64,000 bases of DNA from Octopus vulgaris (GCA_951406725.2 OX597833.1:48608001-48672000), one strand, 5' to 3'; counted from the first letter of the stretch, positions 28,690 through 43,420 are shown. A program made the numbers and translations. Notes: a model not told the origin generated them from the sequence alone.

Positions 28690-31600
28690 CATTATTATTA
28701 TTATTATTATTACTATTACTATTATTATTAATCAGTTGGTCAACTGTTTAACTAATTAACTAATTAATTATTTAATTAACCTTCCTGAGATGCAGCAAAA
28801 TCTGTTTCAACATTGGAGTTCACATTGAGAATCTTACAAACCGGATACAAACATGAAACATTAAATCCAACATATTATGTACAGTTAATACATAGAATTA
28901 TCCAACACTTTGAAATGATGGATGTCAGGAAATGTTGTCTTGCTTAAAATAAAGCCATTTGCTAGCTTGATTGAAGGAATTGCAGTATAGAAATAAGTCT
29001 AGAATCTTAACTATAAAAAACAAAAACAGAAAAACAATTCCTGTAACTGTTTCATAGTTGAATTACTGACCAGTTTGTAATTGGTATAAGGTGGATTCCA
29101 GAAGTTTTCAAGCATTTTCAGGAGGGACATTTATTCATTTCAAAGAAGTACAAAACTCTGACCTCCTTCAAGGATCCCTTGACTTCAATGCATGTGTAGT
29201 GCTCCAACCTTTTTGTGAAGGCCCCGTGGAAGATCTCCAAAGTGAAGGTGTCCAAAACCCTTGCCACAGCATCCTTCATCTTCAAAATGACTGACCCTGA
29301 GGTGCTCCTTCAGCTTGAAGAACAACCAAAAGTCACAGGGACAAGGTCTGGACTGTGGAGAAAAGTGAGGGTCAGTTTTGTTGTCCATCTGTCAAGCAGT
29401 TGCTTACCAGGATGCTTGTCACTGACCACTCTGGAAACAAATTTTTCATAAGTTTCATGCATGTTCAGATCTTCACGAATAATTCTGTGGACAGTTGCTG
29501 CACCACCTCTAAACTGTATGCTTATTGTCTTTATAGATACACAAACACAGCAGCCTTCATTCAGAAAATTATGAATTTTCTCAACCAGCTCTGACGCTTC
29601 TCTCCCTACCACTCTTCTCATTATCTCACAACTTCTCTCTCCCAGCCTTGAGCTTCTTGTGCCAGCAAAAACGTTAATCCATAAACAGTCTGGATCATCT
29701 CATTAGTTCATTAGTTTCTGTAGTGGTTTTTCCCAGTTTAGCACAGATGGCGGCGAGCTGGCAGAATCGTTAGCACGCCGGGCGAAATGCTTCACGGTAT
29801 TTCGTCTGCTGTTACTTTCTGAGTTCAAATTCCGCCGAGGTCGACTTTGCCTTTCATCCTTTCGGGGTCAATTAAATAAGTACTAGTTATGCACTGGAGT
29901 TGATATAATCATCTTAATCCATTTGTCTGTCCTTCTTTGTCCCCTCTGTGTTTAGCCCCTTGTGGGTAGTAAAGAAACAGGTATTTCATCTGCCGCTACT
30001 TTCTGAGTTCAAATTCCACCGAGGTCGACTTTGCCTTTCATCCTTTCAGGGTCGATAAATTAAGTACCAGTTACGCACTGGGGTCCGTTTGTCTGTCCTT
30101 GTTTATCCCCCTCTGTGTGTAGCCCCTTGTGGGCAGTAAAGAAATAAGTTTAGCACAGAACTTTATTGCATAGTGAGCTTTCAAATTGTCTTCATGTCCC
30201 AACTGCATTCCGCAAAACTAATCGGTTGTGACAATCAGTGTTTAGTAGAGTGTGTTCAAGGTGCTGTTACAGCCACCTCCTTCAGTCAGGAATAAAAGAA
30301 AAGATGCCAGGTCAGCTTATTAGATGTATAGTAATGATATACTTAAATCAGAATATTCTAGGACATTGGAACTGCCACTCCTGAAAAAGGTCTCAAAACT
30401 TATGGAATGCACCATGTATTTTATTTTTTCTACAGAGATCCACCAGAACCTTCAGGAGAAGAACCTGATGATGAAGACTTTGAAATGCCTAAAGTTTATG
30501 AACCTGTAAGTTTTTTTCTTTTTTTTTAATGTACCATCTTTTGATATGATTCTGTGAAAGGTTGCCATAGTAACACTCTTTTATTCTTTTATTCTTTTAC
30601 TGATTTCATTCATTGGACTGCAGCCATGCTGGAACTTAAAAGTTTTAGTTGATCATGTTGACTCCACTACTTATTTTAGCCTGTTCTCATTTTATTGATC
30701 TTTGTGTGATAATGGTGGAGGGGCATGGCTTAGTGGTTAGGGTGTTGGACTCATGATTATGAGATTGTGGTTTCGATTCCTGGACTTTTATGACATGTTG
30801 TGTTCTTGAGCAAGACACTTAATTTCATGTTACTCCAGTCCACTCAGCTGACAAAAACGAGTAATCCTGCGATGGACTGATTTCCCATCCAGGTGGGGAA
30901 TATATATGGCAGCATGGCAACCAGGAGACTGGCTCTTATGAGTCCATATGACATGTGAAGGGACTTTACCACTTTACTACATGTGATTATGATTACTGAT
31001 TGTGCCAATTAAAGGAAGAACCAAACTGCCCATTATTAATTAGTGTATTAACACTAATACACTAATAACAGGTGCAGGAGTGGCTGTGTGGTAAGTAGCT
31101 TGCTTACCAACCACATGGTTTTGGGTTCAGTCCCACTGCATGGCATCTTTGGCAAGTGTCTTCTACTATAGCCTCGGGCCGACCAATGCCTTGTGAGTGG
31201 ATTTGGTAGACGGAAACTGAAAGAAGCCTGTTGTATATATGTATATATATCTATATATATGTATGTGTGTGTATATGTTTGTGTGTTTGTGTTTGTCCCT
31301 CTAGCATTGCTTGACAACCGATGCTGGTGTGTTTATGTCCCCGTCACTTAGCGGTTCGGCAAAAGAGACCGATAGAATAAGTACTGGGCTTACAAAGAAT
31401 AAGTCCCGGGGTCGATTTGCTCCTTGACTAAAGGCGGTGCTCCAGCATGGCCACAGTCAAGTGACTGAAACAAGTAAAAGAGTAAAAAAAGAGAGAGTAA
31501 CTTAATAGGATTTTTTTCTCTATTACAGATTGAATCATTTGATCAACTCCGAGAATGGCTTCAGATTTATTTAGAGCAATACAACGAAACTATCCGAGGA

Positions 31601-34600
31601 ACAGGAATGGATTTGGTATTTTTTGAAGATGCTATGATCCACTTGATGAAAATATCACGAATAATTCGTACAGCAAGGGGGAATGCTTTGCTTGTAGGTG
31701 TTGGTGGATCAGGAAAACAGTCTTTAACTCGACTTGCCTCTTATATTGCAGGTTATCAAATATTTCAAATTACATTGTCAAGGTTGGTATGCTTAGTCTT
31801 CTGATAAACATTGGCTTTAGCATAGTAGTTCTTATCATTGAGAAGTAAAAACTGAAGTGAAGGCATCTATTATGAAAGATGAATATGATGTCTTTACTCC
31901 AGAATGGTTAAAACATAGAAACAGTAAAAAAATTAAAGAAAAAGAATGGAAATTTTAAAATAAGTACTTTTATGAATGGCTAACTGGCATTTGTGCCGGT
32001 GGCACGTAAAAAGCACCATTCGAGAGTGATCGTTACCAGTGTCGCCTTACTGGCACTTGTGCTGGTGTGCAGGTGACACGTAAAAAAAAAAAACACGAGT
32101 TTTTCAGGGCCGTTGCCAGTACTGCCTGACTGGTCCTTGTGTCGGTGGAATGTAAAAGCACCCACTACACTCTCGGAATGGTTGGTGTTAGGAAGGGCAT
32201 CCAGCTGTAGAAACTCTGCCAGATCAAGATTGGAGCCTGGTGCAGCCATCTGGTTCGCCAGTCCTCAGCCAAATCATCCAACCCATGCTAGTATGGAAAG
32301 CGGATGTTAAACGATGACGACGATGATGATGATCATCATATGACGGTGGCAGTGGCAAGGAGGAGGAAAATCTAGATTTTATAAAAAAACCCAAAAAAAC
32401 TACATTTTAGCACAAGAACAACATGGCCACACACTTCTGTTGATGATGTTGGTAGGATGATGAGAGGTGACGATGTAGTTACCTACCATGACAGGAGTGA
32501 AGTGTTATTATTGGGTTGTCCGGAAAGTTCATGCCGATTTATAGTAGCTTACCTTTCGACTTATTTTAGAACATGGTTGAGTCCATAAAATAGGATTTTA
32601 GTACACCTCCATTTAGAGTACAGTTTAAGCTATCTTTTTGTGGAAGAAGGTTTATGTTCCTATAACCTGTGTTAATTCTGTAACCCTTTACAATGGAAGA
32701 TAAGAAAGTTTATTTTCGGCACTTGATACTTCGGGAACCAGACAAAAATTGCTGCAGCTTGGCAGGGATGTGTTACCCCACCCTCCATATTCACCAAATA
32801 TTGCTCCTTCGGATTTCCACTTATTCAGGTCTCTGCAGAATAGTCTTAATGGTAAAAATTTCAATTCCTTGGATGACGTAAAAAGATACGTTGATGAATT
32901 CTTTGCCATGGAACCACCTCAATTCTGGGAAGAGGGGATTTTCAAGTTAAAGGAAAGATGGAGATGCATTGTGCAACGAAATGGTTCATATTTGGTTGAT
33001 TAAAAATGTAATGGCAAGTATTTTTCTTGCCTTTAAAAATTGGCATTAACTTTCCAGACAACCCAATATAAACCAAGATGAACATGAAGACAAATGTTAA
33101 CCCACCCTTTAGCATCCAAATTTCTCTGTCAAATGTAATGTTCATTTATTCACACTATTTTGAATTAATCATGTATTACCTCATAATTTTGAGATTTTGA
33201 TGGTATGATTGTTTATTTTTAGAATAAATTTGTAGGGTAGATGTGACAGGTGCAATATGGCTGTTTTAACATAAAACAGAATATTTGGGTCAGACATGAC
33301 TGTTTTATTAAATGCTAAAGGGTCAAATCACTTCTCAGTTTTAAAATAGTTATTCACTTTTCTTCTGCGACTTATATCTACCAATGCATGTGTAGGAGTC
33401 AAGTAAGAAGGGGCAGAAAATGTCCAGAGGGCTATAGGCAAAGGGCCTATAACCACAATGCCTCTAGGCACAAAGCCTATCAGCACAAAGCTTGAATTTT
33501 TGGGTGGAAGGGACTTGTTTATTACATCAACCCCCAATACACAACTGGCACTTAGTTCACATTTCAAAGACACACAACATGTGAAAACTATCATGCATGT
33601 CACATTTCAAACATTGTTGGGGTTTTGCTATACCTAGTTCTGTAGGTATTCTTTTCCTTTTTGTGTTATCTTTAATCTAATTAAAGATTAATTAGATTAA
33701 ATTAATCTAATTATGACACTCCTGGAGTGGTTGGCATTAGGAAGGGCATCCAGCTGTAGAAACTTTGCCAGATCAGATCGGAGCCTGGTATGGCCTTCTG
33801 GCTCACCAGTCCTCAGTCAAACCATCCAACCCATGCCAGCATGGAAAATTGACGTTAAACGATAGTGGTGGTGGTGGTGGGCGGCGGCAGCAGTGGTGTC
33901 GCCTTCTTCTTCTTCTTCTTCTTCTCCTTCTTCTCCTCCTCCTCCTCTCCCTTCTTCAATCTAATGTAAAAATATTTGTCTTCCATTGCAGATCTTACAA
34001 TGTTATCAACCTATTAGAAGACCTGAAGCATCTCTATCGAGTAGCAGGGCTTTATGGAAAAGGAATTACTTTCCTATTTACTGATCAAGAAATTAAAGAT
34101 GAAGGTTTTTTGGAATACCTTAACAATGTGTTATCTTCTGGCCTCGTAAGTTTTCCATATGTTTAAACACATCCTTGTTTTTGGATTTGGTTTGCAAGAT
34201 TCTTTATATGAGTTCGTGTGTTGAAGCATACTCTGTTGTGTCTGGGGAGAGTCATTTTCTTTTGTGCCTTATAATTTAACACACTCACCGGTAAAATTTC
34301 CACTTATTTCTTATTTTTATTTTCCTAAAATTTTCATTGCGTCTTTCAACCTTTTCAATTATCTTGACTATTGTAAAGGTTGCAAGACACAACGAAAATT
34401 TAAAAAAAATGAAAATAAGAAATAAGTGGAAATTTTACCGGTGAGTGTGTTACATTATAAGGCACAAAAAGAAAATGACTCTCCCCAGACACAACAGAAC
34501 ATCCTTGTTGTTTCATGAAAATTCTTTTTTTAACAGTGATGATACTGAGGAGAAGGAGGATGAGGAGCATGATGATGATAGCATTGGTGGTGGTGAGGAT

Positions 34601-35981
34601 GTGATGAGTGAGGTGGAGATGCTGATTGTTAATGATAACAGCAGTGGAGACGATGATGATGATATAGCAATATTAGTCATCATCATCATCATCAAAAGTC
34701 ACTTTGGGACCCCTTTCGGTCATGACTGACTGTGGGATTGCACCTAGAAAGTTACCCTCCCAGGCAAGGTTGTTTTTATGGAAGACCAGCAGTCACCCAT
34801 GCATACCAGCCTCCCTTCTCCACACCACCGATATTATCCATGGGAAAGGTGACGGCCGATACAGCTTGGCACCTGTGACGTCGCAAATCATTTCTATAGC
34901 TGAGTGAACTGGAGCAACGTGAAATAAAGTGTCTTGCTCAAGAACACAACATGCAGCCCGGTCCGGGATTCAAACTCACAACCTCACGATCGTAAACTCG
35001 ATGCTCTAACCACTGAGCCATGCACCTTCATCAAAGGTAACTAGGTAGAGGAAAACTGTCTGCCCTTCATGGCTAATAGAAGGTGATGGAGTGATCTTCA
35101 TGATGGACTCAGTTGATAACTGGATTTATCCTACTTGGAACAACAGCTGTTCAACAAAACTTAGATGATTGCATATAAAATGGTTTTGTCACTCAGCATG
35201 CATCTGATAGCATTTCTTTACCTATAGAGTTTGTCTTGAACTACTAATGCATCCTTGTAGTATGGCTCAGCCAGGGGTTTCTAGATATTTTCAATAGTCC
35301 TTGGGGTAGCAGTTCTTCAGAATAGCCCAGGCCCAAGAACATCATCATACTCCCTCTCAATTGAAAACCAACGTGAAAGTTTCATCTGATTGGTAAAGAG
35401 CTGCTGGAAAATACAACACATCTGTTCTGAATTGGTCAGCATGCAACTGCCCCAGTCTGTTGAAGGCCAAATTGTATCTTTGTTGGCATGTTTCACCTCT
35501 GCCACCCAATGCCATCAAATAGCTTTTGTATCTCTCACTCTTTCTTCCTGTTTCTTGGGTAATGCTGCGATGGACTGGTGTCCCGTCCAGCTGGGGGGAA
35601 CACACATGCCACAGAAACCAGGAAACCAGGCCCATGAGCCTGGCTAGGTTTGAAAAGGGTGCATAAATAAATAAAATCATCATCATCATCATCATCATTG
35701 TCGTCGTTTAACGTCTGTTTTCCATGCTAGCACGGGTTGGACGGTTCGACCAGGGTCTGGGAAGCCAGGAGGCTGCGCCAGGCTCCAGTCTGATCTGGCA
35801 GTATTTCTACAGCTGGATGTCCTTCCTAACGCCAACCACTCCGTGAGTGTAGTGGGTACTTTTTACGTGCCACCGGCACAGGGGCCAGACGAGCCTGGCA
35901 ACAGCCACAATCGGATGGTGCTTTTTACATGCCACCGGCACGGAGGCCAGTCGGGGCGGCGCTAGCAACGGCCACGTTCAG

Positions 35982-36031
<50 letters not shown>

Positions 36032-36579
36032 GTATATATATTATTTATATGAAATATACAATTGGAGAGCAGGGTACATTAAATATTCTGTGAAATATAT
36101 CAAATATTCTTTCCAACAGGTTGCGAATTTGTTTGCAAGAGATGAAATGGATGAAATTTTAGGAGACTTGACACCAATAATGAAGAAAGAAATGCCAAGA
36201 CGGCCTTCAACAAATGAAAACCTTTATGAATATTACCTCAGTCGTGTACGGAGTAATTTGCATGTCGTCCTGTGTTTCTCTCCGGTCAGTATTTATCATT
36301 AAACTTCATATCACCAAATGGATATTTCATATCTTTCATATGTTATCTTATACTTGTTTGACTCACTGGGCTGTAATCGTGCTGGGGCACTATTTTGAAG
36401 GGTTTAATCAAATGAATTGAACCCCCACCATCCCAAGTACTAATTTTTTTATAATTAGATACTTATTCTGTTGGTCTCTTTGGCTGAACTACCCTAAGTT
36501 ATGAGGATGCAAACAAACCAACACTAGTTGTCAAGTGGTGGAGGGGAGACAAACATATACACAAAGACACATAATTACA

Positions 36580-36617
<38 letters not shown>

Positions 36618-38797
36618 CACAATTATATACGTTTTTATTATATTTTTTGCACTTTACTTAATCATCGGTATTTTATTGTTATTTTGATTTTAATATTTCT
36701 ATTATATGTAATTTTCTAGATGGTGTAATTTAATTGTTCATTTTGAATTGATAAAGGGTGTTTTTTTCTAATTTTTATATATATATATATATATATTATA
36801 TTGTGTGAAATTTGATTTACTATTTCTAAATTGAATTTTTTCCCCTGTAAGTTAGGATTAATATTCCCTCAAATAATTATTATATATATATGTATATATA
36901 TATATATATATATATCTGTATGTAGACACACACACACACTATATACATATATATTAGGTTGGCAACTAAGTTACTGCTGTTTTTTAAAATTTAAATTTTT
37001 TAGAAGTTTAAATAAAAAATAACAACTAATTAATCAATAATGTATTCACCCTTGTTGTTTACAACTTCTTCCCAACGTTCAACAAGATTTTTGATACCTT
37101 GTTGGTGAAAATCACCTGATTTCAACTCAAAAAATTGATCCACATCCAACCAAGCTCTCAATTCTGATTCAGCATTGAACGAAATTCCACGCATAGCATT
37201 TGAAAGAGATCGAAAGATGTGGAAGTCCATTGGTGCCAAATCAGAAGAGTACAGCGGGTGTGGCAGCACTTCCCAGCCATACGTATGAATGACTTTCTTG
37301 GTCATATTGGCAATATGAGGGCAGGCGTCGTCATGCAGCAGAAGAACTCCATGCTGCCGATTAGGTCTTTTTTTCTTGAATAGCCATGTTGAGCCATTCC
37401 ATCTGTTGAACATAGAGTTCCGTGTTGACCGTTTGGTTCCGTTCAAGCAATTCATAATGGATAATCCCTTCCCAGTCCCACCATCCGCACAACATAGTTT
37501 TATGTGGATGAAGATCTTGTTTCGCGCACAGTGTCGCTTGTTTACCGGAGCTAAGCCATTCCTTACGCTGCTTCATATTGATATAATGGCACCATTTTTT
37601 GTTGCCAGTAATGATTCGGTAAAGAAATCTTTGCTTGTGTCCATGAGTTGAGCAGTGACAAGCAAGCAAGCCAGCGGAGATTGTGGCTTGTTGATTTTTG
37701 TTGTTGTCACTTAAAGCACGCAGAACCCATGCTCCATACTTCTGAACCTTTCCCATCGAGTGAAGATGCTTCTCTATAGCAGTGTGGGAGCATTCCATTT
37801 TCTCTGCTAGTCCCATTGTCGTTTGACAAGAATTTTCGTGCAAAAGTTGGTTTAATTGCTCTTCATCGAACTCAAATGGACAGCTAGAATGAGATGCGTC
37901 TTTGAGGTCAAATCTCCATTTTTGAACTTGGCATACTAATCCTGAGCAGTTCTTTCATCTATGGCACCCTCTCCATACACAGCACAAATAATAATAATAA
38001 TAATGAAATTATTGTATACAGTGCTCAGGTGCACCACAACTTGTCAGAAAGTGCATATAAAGTACATGCAGTAATGTACAAATGTCTGGAAAGCGAACAA
38101 TGTATGAGTCAGATACATGCTTGTGTGTGTATGGAGGGGAGAAAATCAGGTGTATTGTGGCGAATCTCAGAAAGCATGGAAGTTTTGAAGGATGCAGTGC
38201 TCCGACAACTAACAACTGATGCCGGCAGTTTGTTCCATACTGCAGCAACTCTCTGCGTGAAAAAATGTTTCCTGAAGTCATGGGAGCTGTGCTGTTTTCT
38301 GACTTTGTAAATATGTCCACGGGTGTTAGATGGGTGGAGTTTGAAAAGGTGCTCAGAGTTATTGTTTGTACGATGGTTGATAATGGTTGAAATGTCGCAA
38401 GCAGCTTTTGCAGCCTTAGAACCTTCAGGTCAAACAATTAACATTTATGTAACACTGTAATTCCTGAAAAAAAACAAAACATTATGAGTCTAAAATAGAA
38501 ATGAAAATTTGAGGTGTAATAGCAAATGAATGGATTTTTGAATACTCATACTTTTGTGGTTTTTAATGAAATTAATATTAAAGCTGTGGTAGATTTCCAT
38601 TGTAAACAATAATGTTATTTTGATCTACCCGAGGTGAAAGTTGATCTTACATTCACATATATCAAGTCAATGAAATTTGAATCAAAACATGAATGTATAC
38701 ACGAGAGAATTTTGCAAAACTAAAAATAAACGAAGCATTCATTTTGTACAATGAGAAATCATTCAACAAAAATTTTCCTGAAGATTTTCTGTGCTAG

Positions 38798-38832
<35 letters not shown>

Positions 38833-39874
38833 TTAACGTCCGCTTTCCATGCTAGCATGGGTTGGACGGTTCAACTGGGGTCTGGGGAGCCAGAAGGCTG
38901 CACCAGGCCAGTCAGATCTGGCAAATGTAAAAAATGCAATGTTAGCATGCATAATCAATTATTCATATAACCAATGGTGCAGGAGTGGCTGTGTGGTAGG
39001 TAGCTTGCCTACCAACCACATGGTTCCGGGTTCAGTCCCACTGTGCGGCACCTTGGGCGAGTGTCTTCTACTATAGCCTTGGGCCGACCAAAGCCTTGTG
39101 AATGGATTTGGTAGATGGAAACTGAAAGAAGCCCATCGTATATATGTATATATATGTATGTGTGTGTGTATATGTTTGTGTGTCTGTGTTTGTCCCCCCC
39201 AACATCGCTTCACAACCGATGCTGGTGTGCTTACGTCACCGTAACTTAGCGGTTCGGCAAAAGTGTCTGATAGAATAAGTACCCGGCTTACAAAGAATAA
39301 GTCCTGGGGTCGATTTGCTCGACTAAAGGCGGTGCTCCAGCATGGCCACAGTCAAATGACTGAAACAAGTAAAAGAGTAATGGTTATTTTACTGAACAGG
39401 AAGCAGTCAAAATCAGTTGGAAATCATCATCATCGTCAATATTGTAACTTGCACATTTCCATGGTTGCATGGATTGAATGAAATTTGTTGAGGTAGATTT
39501 TCTACAGCCATATATAACTTTCCGGGCACCAACCCTCACCTGCTTCCAAGTAAAGTAACATTTCCCAAATGGTCAAGCATGTCTCCGTGGAAGAATCGTC
39601 CAAAATAAAGGATACCACTTTGCATGACAGTGAAACTTGTTCACAGCTGACATGCATTGTCAAAGCAAAGTAACACACACACACACACACTCACACAGAC
39701 ACACACACACTCACACATAGACACAAACACATACAGACACACACACTCACACACACACAGACACACACACATAGACACAGACACATGCACTCACAAACAC
39801 AGACACACACACAGACAGACACACACACTCATACAAACACACAGACACACACACACAGAAACACACACACACAA

Positions 39875-39953
<79 letters not shown>

Positions 39954-41319
39954 GACACACACACTCACACACACACACACAGATGCACACACACAGACAC
40001 ACACACACAGATACACATACACACTCCCCCCCACACACACACGGTTTCTTTCAGTTTCCATCTGCCAAATTCAACCTCAAGGCTTTTGCTCACTCAGGGC
40101 TATATAGTAGAAGACACTTGCCCGAGATCCCCCACAGTGGGACTGCACCCAGCAACATGTGGTTGGAAAACCCACTTCTTAACCACACAGTTAAAAGAAA
40201 AAAAAAACTTCTTTTGGTATTTAGTTATCCTTCTTTATATTCTTCAAAATTGTCTTAGTTTTCTGAGTTGATAAAATAAGTAGCAATAATGTGGTACTTC
40301 AATCACCTCCTCTCTTTCTCAAACCCTAGGTAAGGGCTGGTTGGTGGCGAGCTGGCAGAAATGTTAGCATGCTGGGTGAAATGCTTAGCAGTATTTTGTC
40401 TGCCGTTACGTTCTGAGTTCAAATTCCACCTAGGTTGATTTTGCCTTTCATCATTTTGGGGTCGATGTAATTGACTTAATCCATTTGTCTGTCCTTGTTT
40501 GTCCTCTCTGTGTTTAACCCCTTGTGGGTAGTAAAGAAATTGGTAAGTGTTGGTGACAGGAAGGGCATTCCTCTATAAAAAAATCTGCTTCAGTAAACTC
40601 CTTTTGATCCATGCAAGCATGGAAAAGTGGACCTTAAAACAATGATGAGCAATGAAAGCTGTTCGATAATAAACCCCTTACACGTTTTCTTTTTACTTTT
40701 ACATTTAATTTAGGTCGATGAACAGTTTCGTCTCCGGTCCTTGAAATTTCCAGGTCTCATCTCTGGTTGTACAATTGATTGGTTTCAACGCTGGCCAAAG
40801 GATGCACTTGTAGCTGTTGCTAATCACTTCATTTCTAATTTCGATATTGCATGTACAGATGAAGTAAAGAGAGAGCTCGTATATGCAATGGGTTCCTTTC
40901 AGCATGGTGTGTCTGAATGCTGTACTGAATATTTCCATAGGTAACTACATGTATTTTTGTACAAGATATTTATTTAAATTTTACAGCTTTTATTTGCTAA
41001 AGATGTATTACACACACACACACATGATGGAGTCAAACCAAGTAATTATGTTTTGAATGTCCATAGAGTGTTCAAGTTGACCCCTTGAGAATATATTCAC
41101 CCACTGCCATAGGTGAATGATATATAGGTATGTATGTATATATGTATATACGTGTGTATATACATAACAGTGGTGAAAAGTCCTGGCTCGTATATGCAAT
41201 GGGTTCCTTTCAGAATGGTGTGTCTGAATGCTGTACTGAGTATTTCCATAGGTAACTACATGTATTTTTATACAAGATATTTATTTAAATTTTACAGCTT
41301 TTATTTGCTAAGAATGTAT

Positions 41320-41353
<34 letters not shown>

Positions 41354-43378
41354 CACACACACACACACACACACACATACAATGGAGTCAAACCAAGTAA
41401 TAATGTTTTGAATGTCCATAGAATGTTCAAGTTGATCCCTTAAGAATATATTCAGCCACTGCCATAGGTGAATGATATATAGATATGTATGTATATATGT
41501 ATGTATATACATAACAGTGGTGAAAAGTCCTGGCTTTGGGTAAAATAAAATACAGGATCAGTTAATTGTGATTTTATTCCCCTCTCAGATTCACACATTT
41601 ATTGCAGCAGCCCTTCAGTTTTTCTAAGCTCTGTAAAAGACCTTGGAAAATTGAGCCTCCAACCAGGCCGTTTGTGATACCCTTAGAACCCTGAATTTAT
41701 TAGTAGCCCTCCATACACACACACACACACACGTGTGTGTGTCTTTGCTAAATTAACTTGATTTAGCAAAGACCAAAGTCTTAGCAGATAGGAAAACAGA
41801 CAAATCACAAATCCCTTCAGGGAGATGGCCCTGCTTGGTACATAGAAACCCCTTAAGGTGGACCTGGTGTAAACTAAAGTGTAAATGTCAGATCATTGCA
41901 TAATATATAAAAGGAATTCATCTAATACACAAGATCTTCTTCAGTTAACCCTTTCGTTACCAACCCGGCTCTGGCTCTATAGTACAAATGTCTTGTTTTC
42001 ATAAGTTCTGAATTAAAATCTTCCACCAAACCCTAGTCACAATTTATGTTCCTAACATTAGCTTAGTGATAACTAAGTGATTTTACTAAATTCTTTGTTA
42101 TATTTAAAGTAATTGAAAGAAACACAGACCATCTCAAAATAAATACAGTAACAAAAGGGTTAAGATATTTTAAAATATTTTGAAATGTTTTACCTAAGGA
42201 TCTTGCATAAGTGATGATTTTATTTTTACCTATTGTGCAATGATCTGAAATGAATATATATTAAATGTTTCAAAAGTATCATTACTGGGTTTCATTTCAT
42301 TAATATACATTATACAGCTCTATAACATACAAAGTATCCAGTTTTTAGTCTGTTTACCCAGATATACTAACAAGGATTTGGAGTGGTTTGTTCTATTTGA
42401 CTTCAATTGAAAAAAGTTGGTAATTAGCATTTCTTCTAAGCATAACACAAAATTTATATAAACAGCTAACACAAGTTTTAATCTTGTGATTTCTATGGTG
42501 TAATGAGTACAATGTAACTTTTATTTTGTAAATCATTAAATATATATATATATATATATATTCAGTCCCGCTGCGTGGCATCTTAGGCAAGTGTCTTCTG
42601 CTATAGCCTCGGGCCGACCAATGCCTTGTGTGTAGATTTGGTAGACGGAAACTGAAAGAAGCCTGTCGTATATATGTATATATATATGTATGTGTCTGTA
42701 TATGTTTGTGTGTCTGTGTTTGTCCCCCCACCATCGCTTGACAACCGATGCTGATGTGTTTACGTCCCCGTCACTTAGCGGTTCGGCAAAAAGAGACCGA
42801 TAGAATAAGTACTGGGCTTACAAAAGAATAAGTCCAAGGGTCGAGTTGCTCGATTAAAGGCGGTGCTCCAGCATGGCCACAGTCAAATGACTGAAACAAG
42901 TAAAAGAGTAAAAGAGTAAAGAGAGAATGTATATAAATAGAAATATTACATTTCTAAATATCTCAGAGAAATATAAGCAGTAGTGGTACAATAGAGTAGT
43001 TGTATACTGTCAACTTAATGTGACAGTCCCATGAAGGAAATCACACCACTGCTATTTAGCCATAGGAAGCATCAACGCTTCCTGTCGGCCTTGACACATT
43101 TCCTGTGTCCTTATGTTCACAAGGGGGAGACAAGCACTTCCACCCAGCTAAGCCTGCACCCAGAGACTAGTTTCTCAGTCTTTTCTCATCATCAGTCTGG
43201 AGTAGCAGTCTGGAGTCCGTCCTATGATGGATGGATGGATGGATGGATGGATGGATGGATGGATGGATGGATGGATGGATGAATGGACAGACGTGTGTGT
43301 GTGTGTGTGTCTGTTCATGCTTATTGGTGTAATCTGATATGTGAAACACATAACTTAGCAATTTGGACGGACAGACGG

Positions 43379-43420
<42 letters not shown>

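Noticed and set aside
30465-30490. CTGATGA...GAAA in exon 7
   Set aside because: Coding sequence (PDDEDFE) with no stem II pairing.
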